Part shown: one piece after another, positions 19,869 through 28,884 of the stretch
How positions within the stretch are numbered: position 1 is the first letter of the stretch
Layout: each line of letters starts with the position of its first letter
Source: Thermoplasmata archaeon
GTDB lineage: Archaea > Thermoplasmatota > Thermoplasmata > RBG-16-68-12
Assembly: GCA_035636595.1 (NCBI GenBank)
Contig: DASPYU010000017.1
Coordinates: 64,040 to 128,039, forward strand
Length of the DNA stretch: 64,000 nt
Direction: 5' to 3'
The notes under the pieces: generated by a model
Told to the model about the DNA's origin: nothing
What the model saw: only the letters and a program-made list of their open reading frames with translations
The model's database searches: none
Made by a program: the position numbers and the translations under genes

Positions 19869-20438
19869 GTGCGCGATGTGGCTTCGCCTCCCCGGATTGC
19901 CGCCAAGCTGCGTTCCATCCTCGACGTTCAGGACATTCCGATCGATCGGCCCGCGCGACGATCCGGCCGAGCCTGGCTGCTCAATCCGCGCCGCCTCGAG
20001 ATCGTCCTCACGGCGGCCGCCTATCCGGGCGTGCACCTGCGATCCGCCTCGCGTCTCCTCCTTCAGCCACTGCCCTCGCTGCGCTACCACGTCCTGCGGC
20101 TGGAGCGGGAACGATTCGTTGCGACCCGTCGATCGGGCGGCCGGACCTCCTTGTTCATCCCCGGGATGTACCCGAAGAATTTCGAGACGCTGCTCGTGGC
20201 ATGGGAAGACCGAGACGCGGTGCCCGAGGGCACGCCGGCGCGGATGCGGCACGCGTTTGAGCGTCTCTGTCACGACAAGACCGCGGCGCGCCTCGAGACG
20301 TTCCTCGGCTTGCTCCGCCGCGACGACTTGCATCCGGAGGCGGAGCCGCTGGACCGCGGCCGTTTTCGCGTCACGGTCGACGGACCGCGTGCACGAATCC
20401 GGTTCGTCCTGCCGCTCGACCCGATCGCCCGGGGATAG
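19869..20438 (+). CDS. Hypothetical winged-helix (ArsR-like) protein
   Basis: LNPRRLEI...YPGVHLR...LRYHVLRLE pattern. Confidence 0.55.
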   Translation: MRDVASPPRIAAKLRSILDVQDIPIDRPARRSGRAWLLNPRRLEIVLTAAAYPGVHLRSASRLLLQPLPSLRYHVLRLERERFVATRRSGGRTSLFIPGMYPKNFETLLVAWEDRDAVPEGTPARMRHAFERLCHDKTAARLETFLGLLRRDDLHPEAEPLDRGRFRVTVDGPRARIRFVLPLDPIARG

Positions 20439-20492
20439 CTGCGCGCCAAACAAGTTCGATACGTTTATCGAGTCGCCGACGAGTGCGGACCT

Positions 20493-21524
20493 GTGGCCTC
20501 TCCGGTTCCGTCGCCACCGCCGCCGATCCCCTATTGGCCATCCATCGTGGTGAAGCCCGAGACGGTTCGCGGCGTGCAGACGTATCACGTGAACCTGATC
20601 CTCGACATCGTCTTCGGCGTGTTCGCGCTCCTCATCGGACTCACATCGATCTATGTGGCGACCGCCACGGACCCGGCCACGGCGATCGCGATCGCGGCGA
20701 TCACCGGATCCGCCGCGTGCGGCCTCCTGATCGTCTTCGTGATCAACTTCATCGTCAGCCTGATGTCCGTCCTCCGGATGCACCACGGCGCGGACGAGTA
20801 CGGCCCGGACCACGGGAAGAACGCGCGACGCGGCATCCTGTTCAAGTGGATCGGGACGACCCTGTCCACTCTCGCGGCGATCCTGGTTGTCTACCTCATC
20901 TTCGCGGGCACCTCCGCACTCTTCCTCGGCGCGTCCGTATCCGCGACGGTGTACGTGCCTCTCCTCGTCACGGTCTTCTGGACCGCGGGCGTTGGAGCCA
21001 AGGCCCAGATGTACCGCTACATGATTCGGTCCCTGCAGCCGCCGGAGACCCGGCGGTGGTCCGACATCGCGAGCTTCCTCATCCCCTCGCTCGGCGCGAT
21101 CGGCATCGTCGTGGTCGGCTACGTGACGGTCCGAATCGTGGACCTCCTGTCGTCGCCGAGCTCGCTGTCGTCCCCGGAGGCGGGGCGCCTCTTTCAACTC
21201 ATGATCGGCGGCGTGTTCCTGCCGCCGGGCTTCGCGCTCATCGGATACATCGTCTTCTTGACGATCTACGCGAAGACACGCGAGCGTCTCAACGCGGGAT
21301 TGGCCGAATTGTACCGCGCGATGCCGCCGGCGCCCGCCTGGGCTTGGCCGGCGCCGGCGAATCCAGGTCCGATGAACCCGATGGCTTCGGCTGCTTCGTC
21401 TGCGGTTGCTACGCCGCCTGCGGCCACCGCAATTGCCGTCGGATCCTTCTGTCCGAGGTGCGGCCATGCATTGCCCGCCGACGCGCTGTTCTGCCTGAAC
21501 TGCGGAACGCAAGTACGCACCTAG
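20493..21524 (+). CDS. Multi-pass membrane protein with C-terminal zinc ribbon
   Basis: About seven TM segments, Pro/Ala linker, FCPRCG...FCLNCG. Confidence 0.75.
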   Translation: MASPVPSPPPPIPYWPSIVVKPETVRGVQTYHVNLILDIVFGVFALLIGLTSIYVATATDPATAIAIAAITGSAACGLLIVFVINFIVSLMSVLRMHHGADEYGPDHGKNARRGILFKWIGTTLSTLAAILVVYLIFAGTSALFLGASVSATVYVPLLVTVFWTAGVGAKAQMYRYMIRSLQPPETRRWSDIASFLIPSLGAIGIVVVGYVTVRIVDLLSSPSSLSSPEAGRLFQLMIGGVFLPPGFALIGYIVFLTIYAKTRERLNAGLAELYRAMPPAPAWAWPAPANPGPMNPMASAASSAVATPPAATAIAVGSFCPRCGHALPADALFCLNCGTQVRT

Positions 21525-21575
21525 GAAGGCCGGCCGCGAACCTACTTCATGTAGGGGCCGTCCCATGGCGGTCCG

Positions 21576-22256
21576 ATGCGAATCGGGCTACGAATCGCGG
21601 TAGTCCTCGTGGCCCTGGGGCTCGTCGTGGTGTCCATCGTCGCGGCATTCTTGGCCTTGCGCCCGAGTTCGCTACCGGCTGCAGGTGAACAGCCGCCACC
21701 ACCGCCACCATCGCCGAATCCCTCGGCGTGTCCCAACTCCGTCGGCCTGTGCCTCGAGACCAACGTGACGCGCGTCGTCGACGGCGACACGCTCGACGTC
21801 GAAACGGGTCTCGCAATCCGCCTCGTGCTCGTCGACGCGCCGGAGCTGAGCGAAAGCGGCGGGCCTCTGGCGAGGGACTACTTGACTTCCCTGTGCTCGG
21901 GGAAGCCCGCGCTCGTGGACGAGGACGACTGGCAGATCGGCGCGGACCCGTACGGTCGGGTGCTCGCGGTCGTCTACTGCGACGGGACGAACGCCAACGC
22001 CGCGATGATCGCCTCGGGCTATGCCCAGACCTACTACGCATTTTGCGCGGCGAGTGAATTCGGAAGTGCCGCTTGGAGCGGATGTTCCACCCCGCCCCCT
22101 CCGGGCGACTGCGATCCCTCGTATCCGGACGTGTGCATCCCGCCGCCTCCGCCGGATCTCGATTGCGTAGACATCCCCTACCGCAACTTCCGGGTACTTC
22201 CGCCCGACCCGCACAACTTCGACGGGGACCACGACGGCATCGGGTGCGAGACCTGA
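21576..22256 (+). CDS. Membrane-anchored thermonuclease (SNase) with Excalibur-like Ca-binding tail
   Basis: N-terminal TM, poly-Pro linker, VVDGDT, IRL..VDAPE, DPYGR and C-terminal DGDHDGIGCE. Confidence 0.88.
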   Translation: MRIGLRIAVVLVALGLVVVSIVAAFLALRPSSLPAAGEQPPPPPPSPNPSACPNSVGLCLETNVTRVVDGDTLDVETGLAIRLVLVDAPELSESGGPLARDYLTSLCSGKPALVDEDDWQIGADPYGRVLAVVYCDGTNANAAMIASGYAQTYYAFCAASEFGSAAWSGCSTPPPPGDCDPSYPDVCIPPPPPDLDCVDIPYRNFRVLPPDPHNFDGDHDGIGCET

Positions 22257-23267
22257 TCGTCGACGGACTCTCGCTTTCCGGACGCGGTGACGTCCTCCGC
22301 GCTGTTCGTCTCTCAGAACGCTGAGTGCACGCAGCGTGATCCACTTGCTCGGCCCATGACGTCGTTCGAGCGCGAAGGGCTGGACCCCTTTCTCCCGGTC
22401 GTAGTTCGCCCCACGCGCGAGGTCCGGATGGACCGATTCCAGAGGCCACTTGCCGTCCGGCCGCCGCTTCTCTCGGAGAAGCGCCTTGGCCCGCCGTGTC
22501 CGTGAGTCGTCGCCGTACCCGAGGCGTGCAAGCGTCTCGAGGCCGACCAGGACGTCGTAGTAGTAGTGGACCGGATAGTGCAGTCGCCACCAGGAGGCGT
22601 ATCGCTTTCTCCCTTCGTGGAGGAGTTCACGCTCGAGATAGAATTCGGCCCCGCGTTCGACCGCGGCCTTCCGCTTGCGGGTCCACCGGGATCGGCCGAT
22701 TGCGGCGTATGCGGCCAAAGCCTCCCAGCAATCGAGGGTGCCTTTCGGTCGGCCGAAACAATCCCACCCGCCGTCGTCCAGTTGCTGATCCGCGAGCCAG
22801 TCGAGAGAGGCCCGCGCGCGTCGATCCGACCCGAGGCCAAGGAGGATCATCATGCGCGCCGTGTTGCTGACGAAGCAGAAGTGCGGTTCCCCTCCGACGC
22901 GGCTGAACGGTCCGTCGGAGCTGCCGTAGTCCGCGAACATCAGGTCGACCGCCTTCCGTATGGCCGGGTGACGCACGGTCAGGCCCAGCTCGGCGAGGAC
23001 GAGGAGCCGCCAGTTCGTCGCCACGTACTTTGGTCGGTAGAGGCTCTCGCGTCCCACCCAGAAGCCACGACGATCCTGCTGCCGGAGAATGTCGGCGGCC
23101 CAGCCGCGACGCGCGATCGCAACGAGTGCCTCACGGGCCTCCCCGGAATGAGGGGACTCCCCCTCAACGTCCACGAGATACCGAAAGCGAGCGGCCGGTT
23201 GACCGGGATTCCCCAGCCACGTGCCCAGGTCCGAGGCGGACACAGCCCCGAAACCGGGTTGGGCCAA
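21672..23267 (-). CDS. Prenyltransferase/squalene-cyclase-like alpha-alpha barrel protein (recognisable part ends near 22310)
   Basis: QW-like motifs QQDRRGFW, QQLDDGGW and RRPDGKW, plus YP..YYYDVL and SKWITLRAL; ORF runs on antisense into the nuclease gene. Confidence 0.7.
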   Translation of the reverse strand: MAQPGFGAVSASDLGTWLGNPGQPAARFRYLVDVEGESPHSGEAREALVAIARRGWAADILRQQDRRGFWVGRESLYRPKYVATNWRLLVLAELGLTVRHPAIRKAVDLMFADYGSSDGPFSRVGGEPHFCFVSNTARMMILLGLGSDRRARASLDWLADQQLDDGGWDCFGRPKGTLDCWEALAAYAAIGRSRWTRKRKAAVERGAEFYLERELLHEGRKRYASWWRLHYPVHYYYDVLVGLETLARLGYGDDSRTRRAKALLREKRRPDGKWPLESVHPDLARGANYDREKGVQPFALERRHGPSKWITLRALSVLRDEQRGGRHRVRKARVRRRSGLAPDAVVVPVEVVRVGRKYPEVAVGDVYAIEIRRRRRDAHVRIRGIAVARRGRGGTSAPSGTSEFTRRAKCVVGLGIARGDHRGVGVRPVAVDDREHPTVRVRADLPVVLVHERGLPRAQGSQVVPRQRPAAFAQLRRVDEHEADCETRFDVERVAVDDARHVGLEAQADGVGTRRGIRRWWRWWRLFTCSR

Positions 23268-23297
23268 TAAGCCTTGACAGTCAGGGGCAGCTCGCCG

Positions 23298-23669
23298 CTA
23301 GTCTTGCTCGCGCCTTCGTGCTTCGTCTTCCGACCGTCCAATCGGTCCCTCGTTGCCCGCCAGGGCCGAATAGGAGCCTCCGCCGGAGACTCCAATGATC
23401 GGCGCGACCACGGGAGAGTGAGATCGAATTTCACGGTCCTCGAGCGATCCGGAGGGCGGAAGGGAGGCCGAGGATCCGCGGGAAAAGAGGAGGACCAAAC
23501 CGAGGATCGAGAGGATAACACCGAATCCGATGACGATCGCCGCAACCTCAAGCATCGGATAGTCTCGGACGACAATCGGGACGTACGCGACAGCGCCGAT
23601 CGCGACCAGGATTAATCCCGCCGCGAGGACCGCCGCTCCGGAGAGCCGGTCCCTCACCGGTCTCCCCAC
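23298..23669 (-). CDS. Hypothetical two-TM membrane protein
   Basis: Two hydrophobic segments and a low-complexity tail. Confidence 0.5.
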   Translation of the reverse strand: MGRPVRDRLSGAAVLAAGLILVAIGAVAYVPIVVRDYPMLEVAAIVIGFGVILSILGLVLLFSRGSSASLPPSGSLEDREIRSHSPVVAPIIGVSGGGSYSALAGNEGPIGRSEDEARRREQD

Positions 23670-23754
23670 ACCGGATGACAGCTGACCGTGACGTTTACAC
23701 GGAGGCCGGTCCCAGGCCTTCGGAAAGACCGGAACGCAGATTCAAAAAGGACCG

Positions 23755-25269
23755 ATGTTTCGGGAGGCGCCAACCGCCGATACGGAGAGGGCCCCATTGC
23801 CGAGAAACGTACCAGACCAAGATGTTGAACGGGACGCGGTCGGGACCGGCGCAGGCTCCCGCGCCCGGATGATTCTCGCCGTCGTCATCATCGCCGCTTT
23901 CCTCGACGTCGTCGACTTCTCGGTCGTCCAAGTCGCGCTCCCAACGATCCAGCGGGAGTTCCTCGCGCCGCTCGCGGAGAGCCAGTGGGTGACCGGCGTG
24001 TACGGTCTCACCCTCGCCGGATTTCTGATGGTCAGCGGCAGGGCCGGAGACGTGTACAGTCAGAAACGCATCTTCGTGACCGGAATCGTCGTGTTCACGC
24101 TCTCGTCTCTCTCGGCCGGACTCGCGCCGTCCCTCCTGTCGCTGGTCGTCTCGAGGGCGATCCAGGGCATCGCCGCCGCCATGACGAGCGCGACGGCCTT
24201 CGCGATCCTCGCCGCCACCTTCCCGGAGGGGCCCGTCCGGAACCGGGCGATCGGCGTCCTCGTATCGGTCCTGTCGGCGGGCTTCGCGGCCGGCTCCATC
24301 GCCGGCGGCGTGCTCACCGCGGCCTTCGGGTGGCGCTCCGTGATGTTCGTGAACGTGCCGATTGGAACGTTCGCCGCGTTGCTCGCCTACCGGTTCGTTT
24401 CGGGAGATCGCCGTCGAGCGGTCGGAGGACGCCTCGACCTGCCCGGCGCGGTGACCGTCACGGTCGGCCTGATCCTCCTCGTCTACGCGTTCACGATCGC
24501 CGCCACGGACGGATTCTTCACCATGCAGACCGCGATCCCGCTGAGCCTTTCGGCCCTCACCTTGGCGGGTTTCCTGTTCATCGAACGTCGGTCGAAGGCG
24601 CCTCTCGTGCCCCTCGCGTTCGTCCGACGGAAGACGATCCTAACCGCGAACGTCCTCTCGTTGATCATGACCTCCTCGTCCGGAGCTCTCATCGTCCTGA
24701 CCGTCTACCTACAGCAGGTCCTCGGGTTCTCACCCCTCGAGGCGGGCCTCGCGTTCCTGCCGGCGGCGGCAATCTTCTTCGTCGTCGGCGGCTGGGGGTC
24801 CTCGTGGCTTCTGGATCGGCTCGGGCTGAAGCCCGTGCTCGTGGTCTCGACCGCCCTCGTCACCGTGGGCCTGGCGCTCCTCGCGCCCCTCTCGGTCGCG
24901 GCGGGCTATCTCGGCATCTTGCCCGGCAGCATCTTCTGGGCGCTCGGGGCGAGCATCGGGTTTCCTGCCCTTGCGATCGCCGGCCTCGCCGGTTCAAAGC
25001 GGGGGGAGGAGGGCCTCGCGTCGGGATTGATCATGACCTCTCAGCGGCTCGGCTTTCCGCTCGGCCTGGCCGTCGTGCTGACGATCGCCAGCGCCTTCGA
25101 TCCCAAGCTCGGGCTTGGCGGCTTCCGAGACGCCTTCGCAGCGGCAGCGCTCCTGAGCGCCATCGGATTGGTCATCGCCCTGCGGTTTCGAGCGGATCAT
25201 CCGGTCTCCGTCGAGGAGGCCATCGCGGCCTCGGCAGGACTGCTCGGGGAACAAGAAGAGGCCCCTTGA
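23755..25269 (+). CDS. MFS transporter, DHA2/EmrB-like (14 TM)
   Basis: D.SVVQVALPTI, GRAGDVY..KR, WRSVMFVNVPIG and LDLPG. Confidence 0.9.
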   Translation: MFREAPTADTERAPLPRNVPDQDVERDAVGTGAGSRARMILAVVIIAAFLDVVDFSVVQVALPTIQREFLAPLAESQWVTGVYGLTLAGFLMVSGRAGDVYSQKRIFVTGIVVFTLSSLSAGLAPSLLSLVVSRAIQGIAAAMTSATAFAILAATFPEGPVRNRAIGVLVSVLSAGFAAGSIAGGVLTAAFGWRSVMFVNVPIGTFAALLAYRFVSGDRRRAVGGRLDLPGAVTVTVGLILLVYAFTIAATDGFFTMQTAIPLSLSALTLAGFLFIERRSKAPLVPLAFVRRKTILTANVLSLIMTSSSGALIVLTVYLQQVLGFSPLEAGLAFLPAAAIFFVVGGWGSSWLLDRLGLKPVLVVSTALVTVGLALLAPLSVAAGYLGILPGSIFWALGASIGFPALAIAGLAGSKRGEEGLASGLIMTSQRLGFPLGLAVVLTIASAFDPKLGLGGFRDAFAAAALLSAIGLVIALRFRADHPVSVEEAIAASAGLLGEQEEAP

Positions 25270-25381
25270 GCCGAACGACTACCATGGCGGGGTTCGCGAG
25301 CGTTGACCTGCGCGACTCCGCGGCCTTAAGCCGGAGGAACGCCTGACGGAGATTGGATCCGCTGACGAATGGGAGAATTGA

Positions 25382-25939
25382 ATGAGAAAAGTCGTCATGT
25401 GGAATCTGGTCACGCTCGACGGCTTCTTTGAAGGACCGAAGAGCTGGGACATCGACTGGCACGAAACCGTCTGGGGCGAGGAACTCGAACGACTCTCGCT
25501 CGAGCAGTCAAAAGAGGCTGGGGCCCTCCTCTTCGGCCGCATCACCTACGAGGGGATGGCCTCGTTCTGGCCCTCGGAGAAGGGGGCCATCGCCGATTTC
25601 ATGAACTCGATCCCGAAGGTGGTCTTCTCCAAGACGCTGAAGGAAGCGAAGTGGAACAACAGCCGCGTCGTGAACGGGAAGCCCGAGGTCGAAGTCGCCA
25701 AGCTGAAGCGTCAAGCCGGCAAGGACCTGTTCATCTTCGGCAGCGCAAATCTGTCCTCAACGCTGATGCAACACGGCCTGATCGATGAGATCCGTCTGGG
25801 AGTGACGCCCGTCATCCTGGGCCGAGGGAACCCGCTCTTCAAAGCGAGTCCGGACCGGATGCGGATGAAGCTGATCGAAGCACGACCGACCAAGTCCGGC
25901 TGCGTGATCCTTCGGTACGAAATCGAACCGAAGAAGTGA
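25382..25939 (+). CDS. Dihydrofolate reductase / RibD C-terminal family protein
   Basis: VTLDGFFEGP, LLFGRITYE, GLIDE.RL...PVILG.G.PLF and G.VILRY. Confidence 0.9.
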   Translation: MRKVVMWNLVTLDGFFEGPKSWDIDWHETVWGEELERLSLEQSKEAGALLFGRITYEGMASFWPSEKGAIADFMNSIPKVVFSKTLKEAKWNNSRVVNGKPEVEVAKLKRQAGKDLFIFGSANLSSTLMQHGLIDEIRLGVTPVILGRGNPLFKASPDRMRMKLIEARPTKSGCVILRYEIEPKK

Positions 25940-26005
25940 GCGCGAGGTCATCTCGTTTTTCCTGGGGCGGGGTCTCAACCGCCGCCCCAAGGTAGGTTCT
26001 CGCGA

Positions 26006-26362
26006 CTACATCTGATGGGGCACGTTCGGATTCTGCTGCCACAAGGCCATGCGGGTGCCCGTGGGATCCTCGAACACCGCGAACCAGCCCTGGCCCATGA
26101 CCTCGGCTTTGGGCGAGATGATCTTCCCGCCCGCCTTCTTGACCTTCTCCACGTACTCGTCGACCGAGTTCACGGAGATGTAGTTGATCACGCCCGGCTG
26201 CCAGTTTCCCGGTTGCAGTCCGCCCACGCCGCCGCCCGGGCCGCTCGGCGCCTCGAACAACGAGTAGTCGATCCCGGGGACCTCTTGGAACTTCCATCCG
26301 AAGAGACTTCCGTAGAACTTTTCGGCTTTCTTGCGATCCTTCACGTGGAACTCGACGTGCAC
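26006..26362 (-). CDS. VOC family protein (start uncertain, possible 5' frameshift)
   Basis: VHVEF, KFYGSLFGW, YISVNSVD and FEDPTG; the upstream ATGs at 26391 and 26397 are out of frame. Confidence 0.8.
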   Translation of the reverse strand: MHVEFHVKDRKKAEKFYGSLFGWKFQEVPGIDYSLFEAPSGPGGGVGGLQPGNWQPGVINYISVNSVDEYVEKVKKAGGKIISPKAEVMGQGWFAVFEDPTGTRMALWQQNPNVPHQM

Positions 26363-26513
26363 GATGCTCCCGTGTTTCGGTGTTCGGCCATGCTCATTCC
26401 CCTTTGGGAAGCCTTCGAATACGCTCGCGTATATAACGATATTCGGCGGGGGTCGCAGAAAGTACGGACGCCTCGGGATGTTTCTGGTGGCTGGTGCCGA
26501 TCCATGTGCCGGA

Positions 26514-26906
26514 TCATGGTGCGCTGGGCCGGAACTTGAGGGAGGCCGAGTTGATGCAGTACCGCAGGCGCGTCGGCTTCGGACCGTCGTCGAACACGTG
26601 ACCCAGGTGCGAACCGCAATTCGCGCACTCGACCTCGGTCCGCCGCATGAACAGACTGCGATCCTCCTTCTCGAGGACGCTTCCCTCCTTTGCTGGCGCC
26701 CAGAAGCTCGGCCAACCGGTCCCCGATTCGAATTTGGTCGTCGAGGCAAAGAGCTCCCGACCGCACACGACGCACGCGTACAGGCCGGGATCGTGATTGT
26801 CCCAGTATTCTCCCGTGAAGGGCCGCTCCGTTCCCTTGTTGACGACGACGTCGTACTGCAACGGCGTCAGCTCTTGCCGGAGCTTCGGCTTGTCGAATTT
26901 CTGCAC
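26514..26906 (-). CDS. msrB: Peptide-methionine (R)-S-oxide reductase
   Basis: [38 protein letters not shown] and two CxxC zinc motifs. Confidence 0.97.
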   Translation of the reverse strand: MQKFDKPKLRQELTPLQYDVVVNKGTERPFTGEYWDNHDPGLYACVVCGRELFASTTKFESGTGWPSFWAPAKEGSVLEKEDRSLFMRRTEVECANCGSHLGHVFDDGPKPTRLRYCINSASLKFRPSAP

Positions 26907-26975
26907 GAGGATCTACGAACCCTCGAACGGTTTAAGGTTTTGGCTGGCCGGTCTCACCCGGACTCGGGCGTCGCC

Positions 26976-27242
26976 TCAAGGCACTATCTTGACTTGAGAG
27001 CCCAAGGCCTGCGGGGGGAACCCGCGCCTCCACCGCACGCGGACCGCCCCGCTCGAACCGTGGGTGGCGACGACCCGGCCCAGGATTCGAACGCCGTCCG
27101 CGCGAAGCCAAACCGCCCGAGCCCCGACGACCTTTCTCGCATCCTCGACGCTGGCCATCTGAACGATCGTTTGGTAGCTGTCTTGCTTGAACTTGCTCTG
27201 GCGGAACGAGGTGACCGTCCCGGACAATTCGGATTTCGGCAT
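26976..27242 (-). CDS. rpl35ae: 50S ribosomal protein L35Ae
   Basis: G.V.SFR.S...Q, GRVVATHGSSGAVRVRW...FPPQALG..VKI; CTTATA box at 27269-27274. Confidence 0.85.
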   Translation of the reverse strand: MPKSELSGTVTSFRQSKFKQDSYQTIVQMASVEDARKVVGARAVWLRADGVRILGRVVATHGSSGAVRVRWRRGFPPQALGSQVKIVP

Positions 27243-27333
27243 GCGCGCCGCGCTACCGTCCCGTGCCGTATAAGCGCTTCGCATGCCCTGCCACGGGAAA
27301 CGCGTCGACGCCTCCTGGGTCGGCCTTCACGGA

Positions 27334-27903
27334 TCAGCGGAGGAGTCCGGCGGATTTCAACTCGGCCGTGACCTTCTGGACCGCCTGCTCGACGTCCGAG
27401 GGCTTCCGGGCGCCCGTGCAGACGAGCTTCCCGCTGCCGAACAACAAGACGACCACCTTCGGCTCGTCGATGCGGTAGACGAGGCCGGGAAATTGCTCCG
27501 GTTCGTACTCCACCTTTCCGCCGCCGAGGGAGATCGCGACCGCATTCAGGTCGATCGGCGCCTCGAGGTCCGAGGTCGCGACGATGTTCTGGACCTCGAT
27601 CTGCAGGTTCTTCTTGACCGGTATGCCCGCGGCCTCAATCTGCTTCGCGACGAGGTCGATGGCGATCTTCACGTGCTCCGGGCTCTTTGCACCCGTGCAC
27701 ACGACCTTGCCGCTGCGGAACAGGAGGATCGCCGTCTTCGGTTCCTTCAGGCGGTAGATCAGTCCCGGGAATTGCTCCGGCTCATATTCCGCGCCGCCGA
27801 GGGCGAGGGCGATCGCCGGCAAGTCGAGCGCGTCCCCTAGGGAAGTCGAGGCGACCACGTTCTCGATCTGGATTTTCGCCGAAGAACCACCTCCGAGGGC
27901 CAA
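27334..27903 (-). CDS. tbp: TATA-box-binding protein
   Basis: Two repeats of NVVAS...YEPEQFPGL.YR...LLF.SGK.VCTGA. Confidence 0.97.
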   Translation of the reverse strand: MALGGGSSAKIQIENVVASTSLGDALDLPAIALALGGAEYEPEQFPGLIYRLKEPKTAILLFRSGKVVCTGAKSPEHVKIAIDLVAKQIEAAGIPVKKNLQIEVQNIVATSDLEAPIDLNAVAISLGGGKVEYEPEQFPGLVYRIDEPKVVVLLFGSGKLVCTGARKPSDVEQAVQKVTAELKSAGLLR

Positions 27904-28010
27904 GGGCCTGCGTCGCGGCCGGTCCGCTCGGAGGGAAGTCAGCTGGTGCCCTAAATAGTTAGGTCACGTACGTGGCGTCTTTCCGAGCAGGCGCGAACGA
28001 GGACGACGCG

Positions 28011-28036
28011 GGTACGGGCCTCCCGGGATTCGAACC
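28011..28036 (-). repeat. att-like copy of the tRNA-Arg T-arm/acceptor 3' end
   Basis: GGTACGGGCCTCCCGGGATTCGAACC versus GGTACGGGCCTGCTGGGGTTCGAACC at 28881-28906, 23/26 identical. Confidence 0.8.
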
Positions 28037-28161
28037 ATTCCCTTGGAATGCCTGTCAATCAAGCGGGATTGAATTTCGGGACCCGTGGCATCTTTCCCTC
28101 ATGTCCGCCCTCAGGGGTGGGCGCCTTACCTTTTTGCGCTCCGGCGTCATGGCGGGCGCGC

Positions 28162-28521
28162 ATGGCACCCGTGGACATGACCTATACGGCCCGATGCCCC
28201 AAATGCGGCTCGGGATACGAAGGCACGGACGCGCAGGCGTTCACGGCCTTCACGCAAGAGCACGACCGGCATGGTGTCGAGATGCGTAGCACGGCCCGAT
28301 GCTCTGGATGCGGGGCTAGTTACGAGGGAACGGACAAGAGCGCTTGGACGGATTTCATGACGGAGCACGCGGTGCACGGGGTTCGTTGTGCCAAATGTGG
28401 AGAGCAGCTCTCGTTCGTCGGTCAGGTAGGGACGTGTCCACGATGCGGTAAGAAAGAGACCGTCAGGGTCACCCTGCACGTCGAAAGGCGGAAACTCGGA
28501 CACACCTTCTTCGGACGATAG
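28162..28521 (+). CDS. Multi-zinc-finger protein (two CxxC-HxxH repeats plus a C4 ribbon)
   Basis: TARCPKCG..YEGTD...F..EHDRHGV and TARCSGCG..YEGTD...F..EHAVHGV, then CAKC...CPRC. Confidence 0.7.
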   Translation: MAPVDMTYTARCPKCGSGYEGTDAQAFTAFTQEHDRHGVEMRSTARCSGCGASYEGTDKSAWTDFMTEHAVHGVRCAKCGEQLSFVGQVGTCPRCGKKETVRVTLHVERRKLGHTFFGR

Positions 28522-28533
28522 CACCGTCGGCCG

Positions 28534-28858
28534 GATCTCGGCCTGGACCCGTCGAAGGTCGAAGCTCTCATTCCGAACGAGAGCGGCGCGTGCTTACTCG
28601 GAAGCGGGATGGAGACGGAGACGAGCAAAGACTTTCGCGGAAGCCGGAATCGAGCGCGCGAATTTCCGTTTCCTGAGGCCGAGCTTCGCGCAATGGCTCA
28701 AGGACCGCGGCGCGCCCATCGAGGCCGTGAGCAAGGCCCTCCGACATAGCTCAACGGCAACGACGGAGCGATTCTACGCAGGCATCCGCACGGAGCGCGC
28801 CTGGGACGATCTAGAGCGCGTTTGGGAGACTCCCATCGTGCGACTCAATTCCCCGTGA
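28534..28858 (+). pseudogene. Tyrosine recombinase/integrase C-terminal remnant
   Basis: Manual translation NFRFLRPSFAQWLKDRGAPIEAVSKALRHSSTATTERFYA* (box II LR...LRH...Y); no start codon, frameshift near 28590. Confidence 0.8.
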
Positions 28859-28884
28859 TTGACACGGATTCGAAGGGAATGGTA

